In this document: one piece after another, positions 1 to 10,025 of the stretch
Position numbering within the stretch: the first letter of the stretch is position 1
How the letters are laid out: the number at the start of each line of letters is the position of its first letter
Origin: Carcharhinus longimanus
Taxonomy: Eukaryota
Direction of reading: 5' to 3'
DNA: 64,000 nucleotides
NCBI GenBank assembly: GCA_030264375.1
Contig: JASCQW010000043.1
Location: forward strand, 82,939,093-83,003,092
Notes under the pieces: generated by a model
Databases searched by the model: none
What the model was told of the DNA's origin: nothing
The model's input: only the letters and a program-made list of their open reading frames with translations
Program-made: the position numbers and the translations under genes

Positions 1-77
1 CTGGTGGGTGAAACTAGAACTAGGGGGCATAGCCTCAAAATAAGGGGAAGCAGATTTAGGACTGAGTTGAGGAGGAA
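1..77 (+). mobile_element. CR1 LINE 3' ORF2 fragment (truncated by window start)
   Basis: Reads ...ETRTRGHSLKIRGSRFRTELRR, the typical C-terminal TRGH motif of CR1 ORF2. Confidence 0.8.
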
Positions 78-1231
78 GTAAGTAAGGAGACATACAGTGA
101 GAGAGGAAAGATTGAGACTGGAAGACAGATCAATGAAAAGAGAATTAGCTGGAAGGTACAAAGTTCATTGCAAGGATGGTTTTGCTTTTTTTGTGTGAAC
201 AAAGCCACAGAATCTCCATTAGTGCATTTTAAGGTTACAGAGTGTGACAACTTTGTAGTCCTCATTTTCAAATCTCTGGTGAACTCAAATCACTGTGGGT
301 GACCAACCTTTTATTGGCTTGTAGGAAAAGTTGTTCCAGATTACATGTCACAAGGGTCCTTGTCCTTCAATAAATGGACTCGAGATTGTGTTAGTCATAT
401 GAAATCTTGAGGACAACACGGATACTCTGATCTCTGGGATTGCCATGTGCAGATGTGTCTGCAAAATGCCCAGGAGAGTGTGTGTGCCCTTCTCTCTTCA
501 GCCCTTTCACCAAAAGAGATAAAAGGATTAGTGAGACATATAGTAAAGTTTCCTGAGGGTCAACCCCTTCTGTCATTGCCTGGTTTATGCATGCTGCTGT
601 TGTAATGTCCTGGAGTGTCATTTTAAATGCTGCAGTCTAACTTCCATATAAGTAAGTAATTAGCCATAATCACTATTTCAAGTAGATATGCAAATGAGTG
701 GGTCCAGGAAATCCTGTTCAAACTAGTTCTCCTGATCACTGATGGAGGCCAGAATTTTCTTGCGCTATGAAGTAGTTGTGAGCACACAACTCACTGCATT
801 GAAATTCTCCCCTTATAAATTTGCACAGTTTGCCTCTGTCTCCCCATTGCTAAACCACCTTCCTGGAGGAAGTAGCAGACCCGCTAAACTGGCTACAATA
901 ATCCACCCACACACAAGCAAGGGTGCCAACTACAAGTCCAGAACTCCGTGTTCTGCAACCCAGTTTAACCTCAGGTATCAAGAACAAACAAGTTGCTTCT
1001 ACCCTTATAGCTTCATTGTGTCTGGTACAAGCAAAATCATCTAGAAACTTTTCTGTATTTATGTACTCTCCCTGCAAGCACTGTGTAATTTAAATAACAA
1101 TTATGCAAAAGTACTTGAAAATGCAAAACATGCTCACAGGGTTAATTCTATCTAATGCAGAGGCTAGCATGAAGTGCCAATAAAATCACAGTAACAAAAA
1201 CTTAAATTGTAACTTTATTAGTATCAACAAC

Positions 1232-1500
1232 ATGGGGAGGCAGTGTTAGTGATATTGTCATTCAGTAGTAATCCAGAGACCCGGGGTAATGCTCTGGGGA
1301 CCTAGGTTCAAATCCCACCATAGCGGGTGGCAAAATTTATATTCAATAAAAATCTGGAATTAAAAATCTAATGAATAGATTGTTGATTAAGGAAGGAAAT
1401 CTGTCATTGTTCTGTGTTCTGGCCTATATGCTATTCCAGATCCACAGCAATGTGGTTGACTCTTAAATGCCCTCAGGGTTAGACAATAAATTCTGGCTCA
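1232..1500 (+). mobile_element. tRNA-derived SINE (shark type, LINE-derived tail)
   Basis: B-box-like GGTTCAAATCC near 1305; body with GGAAGGAAATCTG and CCACAGCAATGTGGTTGACTCTTAA; ends CAATAAATTCTGGC followed by an A-run. Confidence 0.7.
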
Positions 1501-2104
1501 AAAAAACAGCAGCAACAGAAAAAACTATTCAGAAATAACACTGTAACAACTGTTGAGACTTTAACTGCTGTATTCTTGTCAGATATATTTGCCGCAACAG
1601 GCAAATAGATAGATACAATAATTTCGATTTTTGTTATTCAAGTTATCCAGCATGTTGAATCTACCTGATGACTTACAAATAAAAACAAGAAAAAAGAGCT
1701 TTTCTTGATGAATAAAACCATTTAATCCTTTTCATTGATTTCATTCCAGTGCTAAAGTATTGCCTTTTTCCTGTCTGTCTAGCTTTTATTCGAGACATAA
1801 TTTAAAAATCCGGTACTTGCACACTATAACCCCAGGGTCAATTGATTTATTCCGGACCTTCATTTTTCTCCTCCAGTTTCAGTTTTCTGAAAGATGAGAA
1901 TGTTTTGGTGAAAATTTATTGCTTTACCTTCAGTCCAGGGTTGTTAAAAAGGCAGCGAAATTAGACAACTTTTTTGTGCTTTTCATACTCTGAAAATGTT
2001 ACACCTGTCCTTTTGGCAAAATACACCAGTGTGCAGCTCTGATATATGCATTAGATTTAAACTAATCTATATTCAACTATTCTTGCTTTCCCTTTCCCAC
2101 AATT

Positions 2105-2600
2105 AGCTCTGGTGTCCCTGAAGGATCTATCTTTGGCCCCTTTGTATTTCTTATTTACATGCTGCCCTGTAGCATTGTTATCCGAAAGCACATCAAGTCC
2201 AACTCTACCTCACCACCACCTCTCTCTACCCCTCCGCTTCCTCTAATTTGCCAAGCTAGCATGACATTTCTCTCCCTTGTTTTCATATCACCTTAATTGT
2301 CTCGCCCCTCCTCATCTCTGAAATTTCCTACATAATCCTCCCGAAGTATCTGCGCTGCACAAACTCTAGCCTCTTGTGCATCCCCGATTTTAATCCCCCC
2401 ACCATTTACAGCTGTGCCTTAAGATGACTCAATTCTAATTTCAGGAATTCACTCCCCAGTGAATATCTCTACCTCTCTCCCCTTTTCCTCCTTTAAAATC
2501 TACCTTTTTGCCCAGACATTTGGTTTGATATCTCCAGTTGTGGTTTGTGTCCATTTTTGATTGGTAACACTCCTGTGAAATATTTTAGGATGATTTGGTG
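2105..2600 (+). mobile_element. Degenerate L2-type LINE fragments
   Basis: GGTGTCCCTGAAGGATCTATCTTTGGCCCC reads GVPEGSIFGP, an RT GVPQGSxLGP-like motif; followed by L2-like 3' sequence. Confidence 0.6.
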
Positions 2601-2689
2601 TATTAATTTACTTTGGCAGGGATTTTCCAGCTCTACACAGACACGCACACAAACACACAGACACAGCCAGGAAATTGCAGTTGATGTGA

Positions 2690-3255
2690 GGAATCAAAAG
2701 GGAAGAAGATGTATTGAGTAAACTGGAATGAAAAATATAAAAACAGTAAGAGTTTCTAGAAGTAGATAAAAAGGAAGAGAGTAGCTGAAATAAACATTGG
2801 TCCCTTAGAGGGTGAGACTGGTGAATAAATATTAAGAAACAAGGAAATGGCTGAAATTTTGAACAAATATTTTGTACGTTCTTGTGGTAGAAGAGACTAA
2901 AAATATCCCAATAATAGTAAAAAATGAGGGGACAAAGGGAATAAAGAACTTAAAATAATTACTACCACTAGGAAAAAAATAGTAGGCAAACTAATCTTAG
3001 ACAAAGATGAGGCCAAATTTCTTCTCTCAAAGGGTCGCGAATCTTTGGTATTCTCTATCCCATGGAACTGTAGTGGCTGTCATTGAATATATTAAAGATT
3101 GAGATGGACATATTTTTGATCTACACAGGTGTCAAAGTTTATGAGGAACAGGAGGGACATTGAAGTTGAGGCCAAGATCAGATCAGCCCTGATCTTGATG
3201 AATGGCAAAGCAGGCAGGAAAGGCTGTGTGCCCTGCTCCTCGTCTTAATGTTCTT
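2690..3255 (+). mobile_element. Degenerate CR1 LINE fragments
   Basis: CR1 ORF2-like segments (EMAEILNKYF) joined to a CR1 3' end (NFFSQRVANLW-like, GATCAGCC...GAATGGC). Confidence 0.7.
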
Positions 3256-3521
3256 TAAGGCTCTGTATAGGAAATGCGTGCAAAAAAAAAGTGAAAGAAT
3301 AACTTGAGCGCATGTTTCTGTTTCACAGAGGACTTAACTCTTACTTAAAATGTATTAATCATTTTGTTTGCCCGTAACACAAAATATTGTTTTGAACTTT
3401 ATGTCTCTGAGTGCACATTTGAGTTATATGTGAGTTTAAAATCTTATTCAGACATGAATATTGCTTAAAACTGGTAAATGTACACAGTTGTAAGTAACCA
3501 TCCTTTTATTTTCCTTTACAG

Positions 3522-3808
3522 AGGGGCGTTTGCATCTCCAGGATATCCCTTCTATAACCAGCAGAGGGCACCTGGAGGCTACCCCAGACCTGGTAGTGGA
3601 CTCTTCCTACTACAGCAACTTTTATCAGCCATCTCTCTATCCAGCTTACTACAACAATTTATACAACTATCCCCAGTACCAGGTGGCGGTGGCAGGAGAT
3701 TCACCTGCTTCTGACGTCAGCTCCACACTGGGAGGGACAACTGTGAAAAACAGCCTTCGAGGCCTGTCTGCATCACTAGTGTCTGGTCAGACAGGAAACC
3801 AGTGGCAG
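3522..3808 (+). CDS. DMRT1: DMRT1 coding exon (orthologous to human exon 3; P/Y-rich region)
   Basis: Acceptor ttcctttacag at 3521; phase-1 (G)AG start gives [54 protein letters not shown]...[22 protein letters not shown], matching human [39 protein letters not shown]...GQTGNQWQ; donor CAG|GTAGGC. Confidence 0.97.
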
Positions 3809-4437
3809 GTAGGCTGGACATTGATTTTCAATGACAAAATATTATTATTGTCATTTTGCTAATGAGTATATAAGTATTAGAATTCATGAATAAGCTGAAT
3901 GAATTGTAGTAGCAAAATAAGGTAGTGAAATGCTGATTGTATGAAAACAATGGTTTGTGTAAGGAAGCTTTGGAGAGGTTTTCTGACCTTTTTCCACAGG
4001 GTACACTGATTTCCCAGCTACACACTGGAGGATAAATGGAATGGGACCCAATCAGTTTTGAGTCTTTTACATGTGTTTGGATATCTGGGACTTCCCTTGC
4101 AGGATGGGCCTATTGGGTATCACCTCATTCATTTGAATGGGAAGTGAGGGTCTGGATGTGTCCCTAACACCTGATCCTATTTTTTGAAATTGGTCCAAAG
4201 GGCATCCCACTGTGGGGTGCTTCTAGAAGCTGGGACGGGCCTTGTGTCAGAATCCCTTACCAACTTTTTGTTTGTTTGTGTTTGTNNNNNNNNNNNNNNN
4301 NNNNNNNNNNNNNNNNNNNNNNNNNNNNNNNNNNNNNNNNNNNNNNNNNNNNNNNNNNNNNNNNNNNNNNNNNNNNNNNNNNNNNNNNNNNNNNNNNNNN
4401 NNNNNNNNNNNNNNNNNNNNNNNNNNGTTAGGAAGAT

Positions 4438-4725
4438 CCATAAAATCCCTACAGTGTGGAAGGAGGCCATTTGGCCCACCACGTCTGCACTGACTCTCCG
4501 ACAGTGATCCCATCCTTGCCCTATCCTCTTAACCCCATATCTTGGAACACTTAGGGGCAATTTAGCATGGCCAATCCATCCAACCTACGCATCTTTGGAC
4601 TGTGGGAGGAAACTGGAGCACCCGGAGGAAATCCACGCAGACATGGGGAGAATATACAAACTCCACACAGACAGTCACCTGGCTGGAATTGAACCCACGT
4701 CCCTGTTGCTAATCACTGTGCCACC
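4438..4725 (-). mobile_element. HE1-like V-SINE
   Basis: Reverse strand carries the V-domain (plus strand GGACTGTGGGAGGAAACTGGAGCACCCGGAGGAAATCCACGCAGAC), a tRNA B-box (plus strand GGAATTGAACC) and a CR1-like tail. Confidence 0.85.
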
Positions 4726-5588
4726 CCCAAATGATGGGGTGAGTGGACAAATGTACCATATTAAGGACCTAGGACACCAGATTTGGCTGTGCCTGGCCTA
4801 AGAAGGCACAATACTGTACAGAGTGGGAGAGAGAACCAGGAACTTTGTCTTTTATATTCCTTGACATGTAAATTTAAAAAATGATCCTTTTAATCCTTTA
4901 AATTAAAGGAAGCATTTTGAAGCATTGCTACTAAATTAATTTCACACAATTTAGTTTAGATATGTCTTTACTAATGCAGCTGCCCATTCTACATCTGTTC
5001 ATCCCATTGCCTCACCAGTCAATGTTCCCTTTATTTTCTTTCTTTGCTTTAATTTAGGTTCTTTCTCTCTCTCTCACACACACATTCCTCCCCACTGCGC
5101 CCTGTGCTGTCCCCTAACAAGATGAGCAGGTAAACTAGTCTCTTCAGTCAGTATAAGGAAAGGCATGAGTCACTTGTAAATTGTCAGTTTCTCTGACAGG
5201 ATTTCAGGATGTCCTGACAGAGGGGCTTTAGATTAGAAACTTGAAATATGGACATTCGTAGCAGGAGCTAAGTTTCTACCACTCCAAGCCACAGAGGGAG
5301 CATTTTGAACCTGTCAGAATGGTGGTATTGGGATGGGGAGATGTCATTTTAAAGAAGAAATCTCAATCCCTTTGCCAATCTGCTCATTTCTGGATTGAGC
5401 AGAGATGGGATGGGGGTTAATTGTGACCAACCAAACACCTTGCAGGAGGAATTTAATCATCTCAGCATTTTAGTGGAACTTGGGCCTTGTTTTTAACCTG
5501 CCTTACAAGTTTGACCCTGGCCGGCCAGATTTTGCAGGCCATGGGAGTTCAGAGCTGAAAGGAGGTAAGGTAAAGCTGTGTGTTCTTG

Positions 5589-5811
5589 CAGTAAAAAGTC
5601 TGACAACACCAGGTTTTAGTCCAACCGATTTATTTGANNNNNNNNNNNNNNNNNNNNNNNNNNNNNNNNNNNNNNNNNNNNNNNNNNNNNNNNNNNNNNN
5701 NNNNNNNNNNNNNNNNNNNNNNNNNNNNNNNNNNNNNGGTTGGACTAAAACCTGGTGTTGTCAGACTTTTTACTGTGTTTACGCCAGTCCAACGCCGGCA
5801 TACCCACATGA
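5589..5811 (+). mobile_element. Penelope-like inverted-repeat insertion spanning an assembly gap
   Basis: Perfect 38-bp inverted repeat at 5589-5626 and 5738-5775; unpaired tail of about 36 bp at 5776-5811; flanking duplication TGTTCTTGCAGTA at 5581-5593 and 5812-5824. Confidence 0.75.
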
Positions 5812-6513
5812 TGTTCTTGCAGTACAGCTTGTGGGCCAGGAAAAGTAAGAATGCTTCCTCCAGCCCATCAAGCTACCTTCATTTCAACCCTCTCCCCTCC
5901 CACCATCCAATCTGATCTCTGTGCCATCTGATCCTTGTTAGGAGATTTGAACCCCCTCCCCAATCCCCAATCCTGCCCTCTCACCAATGTGCCAGTTTCC
6001 TTTTCTGCACCCTCCTACTTCCTGCCTGACAGAGAACCCAGTCTGTTGATTGATTTACCTTTGGGTGGGAGCCTATTGGAAAATAAATAGGTGCACAATT
6101 AAAACTTCAGAGCATCCCAACCAGAACCCCATCCCATTTCCATATTACTTGAGTAACCTACTGCTTAGGGCTTTAGGGCTGTTGTTCACCAGCCAGCTGT
6201 GTGCTGCTTTCTTGTTTTATTAGTGAATGTTTGACTTCATATTTCTTTAATGCTCATCAGCAAATCTAATAAAACCTATGTAGCTATGTACCTGAGTACT
6301 GGTAACCTGTTAATCAGCATAATGATTGTGTGTTAAACCTGTACTTAGAAACACAAAACAGCTTGAAAATTTGACACCTTCTAATATTCCCATTACTTGC
6401 TTTGACTTGTGGACGCAGACATGTTTTGTTAAAAATAGGTTGCATTCGTCAGATCTAATATTGCATATCTGGGTGAAAGGATTTATTTACATTGCATATG
6501 TTTTCATTTTCAG

Positions 6514-6534
6514 AGAAATGAAAGTGATGAGAAG
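6514..6534 (+). CDS. DMRT1: Candidate 21-nt in-frame DMRT1 microexon (RNESDEK)
   Basis: ttttcattttcag|AGAAATGAAAGTGATGAGAAG|gtaagt; phase 0/0 fits between exons 3 and 4; TGCATG at 6560 and 6646. Confidence 0.55.
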
Positions 6535-9500
6535 GTAAGTACTCATGTTCATTAGTTTCTGCATGGCAATTTCTTCCCTCCTCATTTTTTCAAAATGCTT
6601 TCAGATCTAAGATCTTGGTTTCTCTGAGTACTTTTGTCCATGTACTGCATGCGCTAATTTTATGTTTTTTCTCATTTTGTGCTTTTTTAACCTTGCCTTT
6701 TACCAAGATTCGCGTGGAGTTCTTGTAGCTGAGACTGTACTATATATGACTTTCAACATCACGGTTTATCCTTGTATTAATACTGCAGGGACATGTCATG
6801 TGGATATTATAACAAACAGAAGGCCCTGCATACGTTACAGGTGAAATTTCTGGCTGGGCCTCACACACAGTCTTGTTGAAAAATCTCTGGCATTGCATCT
6901 GAAGTATGTTGCCTATATAACCAGTGCTGCTGGCCTTAAACTGAATTTTACTTTGAGTTTCAAGAAAGGTTATGAATTGGAATAGATGATTGTTGGAACT
7001 GGCTAGTAATCTGAATTCTGGGCTTTAAGACCGTTCAGAGATTGTCCTGCTGTTAATGCCTTTGTTAAAGTAGCAGCCAGAAAAGCTTCATATACACTCA
7101 CACTCATTAACACTGCACCCCCATTTAGTTTCCCAGAACAAGTTAGTTTGCTGTCACCCTCAAAAGAAAGAGCACACTCTGGAAAAACCGTAACAAAAAT
7201 AATCTAAGCAAAATGTTCAAGCTTAGTCAAATTGTCAAAGGAAAAGAATCAATGGGCTGAGGCAATACTGAAAAGTAAAATCCAGTGCAGTGCTCAAAGA
7301 AGAAAGACACGATCGTGCTAATAGGCCACTGAAGAACTCTAACCTGACCAGAGGAATGAGTGGGAAGCTCTTCAAAATTGTACCTGATGTCAAAACATCC
7401 ACCGTGGATTCACAGATGCTGAGTAAGTCCTAACTGTATTTACTTTAACTGTGATAACTCTCAGGCAGAAAAAGCAATGCACACAATTGTAAAGTAAATG
7501 CACTTAAATGTTAAAATCTCTCTAAATACCTGTCAATTGTTAGTATTTTTCAGGGTTATTTTGCTTCTCGGTGTATAAATCTAACAGTTCGTTTTTGTTT
7601 GCTACCCTTTTTTTGTGTTCACAGATAAATCTCAATCAACTAGTTCCAGTCATTTATCATAGAGGGCAAAATATTGTGGAGAGCACTGCGGACGTATCAG
7701 AACCAATTCACGCTGTTTCCACAGAGCTTCTGCTTGAATTACAATGAGAAATCAGGCCCATCCCACAGAAGTTGTCCTTTCCAGAGTCCGGTGATGAGAG
7801 GAAGATTTGTTGTCTGGAGGCGACAAAATGTTTCCATTCAGGGGAGGGTATTCTGGAATCAGCTGCTGAGTGGTTTAGAGAGCCAGTTGGTGCCAGATTC
7901 TCTAAATGGCTTATTGGAAGCTTTTCAAACTTCCAGATGATCCGTCATCCATTGAGGCAGATTCTTGTATCATTTCCAGAATCTCACATTGCAGAATTTG
8001 GGCCTTCTGCAGCATTTGTTGTACAGTGACCGCGCTAGCACTAGCTTGAACTGTGTGATGTTATGAAGTTGGGCTGGACATGATTGACTGAGCTCTGTAG
8101 CTCATTACAATGGCTGCACTCCCCTGGTGGTATCACAGTGCAGCTAGGTCATTAATTCAGGGCCCTCTTTAATTTTTTCATGTCTTTGGTAGCCTCTTTT
8201 TCTGTTTTGCTTTTTCCAAACCCAGATCCTGCGAGGGTTCAGACTTTTACCAGTGTGGGCCCTCCCTTTGTGCAGCAGAACTAAAACTGTCTCGGGAATG
8301 TCTGTCTATGGTTTTTTTTCTCGTGGGGGCACTGAAAACCATGTGTCATTAGGATGGAGACAACACTACCTTCACTATAAAGTCAACTTGTGACAGGTAG
8401 AGCTACTCTCCATATCAATGCCTCTAAGCTCCCAAAAACCAAAACAGTAGAGCTAATGGAGGGTAAGTTGAGCTCAGTAGCATCCATTCTTCAGGTGTTA
8501 CATGGGCTTCTAAGGAACCAAAATGTCAGGCATGAGGTTGATGTACAGCTCTGATGGTACAGGGCTGTTGCCTACCATATTGGGAAGGGACAAACAAGAC
8601 GTTGTTTATCAAAAACAAAATGCCTAAAGCAGGTGATACTACTTTTGTATATATAAATACAAGGCCTAACACCTGCTTTAGTTTACTGCTGCAGCTTTGG
8701 TTTACCTTGATGCAGCCAATGCCTGTCTCTAGGAGAACTAAATCAAAACATGACGCGAGTAAAATAAAAAAGCAAGCAGTCAGCACCAATCACTGCCATT
8801 CCTAGAGTCTCAACTCCTCACTCCCTCCAGCCTGACAATGTCCTCAAGCTGCCTGATGATCTTGTACCCCAAGGCACACAGGATTACCACTCACCTGTTA
8901 AAAAATTGAAGCACTTACACTTCCTGCTGCGTCACCTTTATGATGATGAGGTCAAAGACTCTGTACAGGCCTCTCAAACCTCAAGATCTGAAAAGTGGTA
9001 ACAGAAATTCTGTCCTGGTGAGTTTGCCAAATTATGATTTGGGGATCAGCAGAAATTTTGTGAGATGTGACAGGCTGTCTCACCTTGGGACTCCTGGTCA
9101 GGTTATTACATTTATTTCTGTGCTGTAGCCAGGTCTTGGTGTAAATGTTGCTTGGGTCCACATACTGTGCCACTTCTCAATATGTCCATCCACCAATTCA
9201 CTTCAAGAAAAAGGCACCTGCATTTTAAGCTGTGGCAAACAGTTAAAAAACTGCTGCACTATTAAATTTCTAGAACCTAGCTCCAGCCACGGTAGGTGTC
9301 CTTCACACTAGAATCTTGTCTACCATGTGCTGCTGTGGGAAAACTGAGACAGGTTGTCCACTGGTTACAGAGGCAGCCATTCCATTTTTTCCACTCTTCT
9401 GCCAGTTTTACATAGGGAGACTAAAATCAGCTGTACTTTATGGTTTTCTTTGAATCAGTGCAACCTTTTTGACACCGCTCCCCCCCCCCTTTAAGGTTTT

Positions 9501-9900
9501 CACTATGTTGAGACTTTAAAGGGCATACTTTCATTATCTTCATTTGATTTTAGTATTGGGGGGGTGGGTGTGTGGGGGGTAATGAAGTAGGTATATCGGA
9601 GTTATGTTTTACCCCCACAAACCTTGGCACTGCTGAAGAAATGATGTGGGGGAAAAGGGGGCAATTAGCAAATCTGATCCCTTTCACTACTTCTACAGTT
9701 ATGAGATTCAGGAAAAAGTAGGCCCTTAACTTTTACACTTGATTCTAAATGGCTGGTTATGTGACTGCAGTTTTTTTAAAAAATCACTGTCATTTGAAAA
9801 ATAGAGATTAAAATGTATGTAGAAAAGTCTGAATTGAGAATTGGGTTCGCATCCCAAGACACGGGTTTGGAGTCTGTGGAGATGGTAGGATGGAAACAGA

Positions 9901-10025
9901 GGGTGGCATTTTCCCACTCCCTCGCCACAGGAATGGTAGTGGGCAGAGGCGGACCATGCAAAGGTCTGTTCACCTCAGATGGGATTTTCCGGTCTTGGGG
10001 CAAGCGCGGCTGGAAAATTCTGCCC
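9901..10025. mobile_element. Harbinger-type MITE (~125 bp)
   Basis: Ends GGGTGGCATTTTCC and GGAAAATTCTGCCC are imperfect TIRs; AGA on both sides suggests a 3-bp TSD; related copies at 18044 and 34209. Confidence 0.65.

Noticed and set aside
5058-5129. 72-nt exon-like segment (tttag acceptor, CAG|GTAAAC donor)
   Set aside because: Weak donor, low-complexity (CT)n/(CA)n content and an in-frame TAA.
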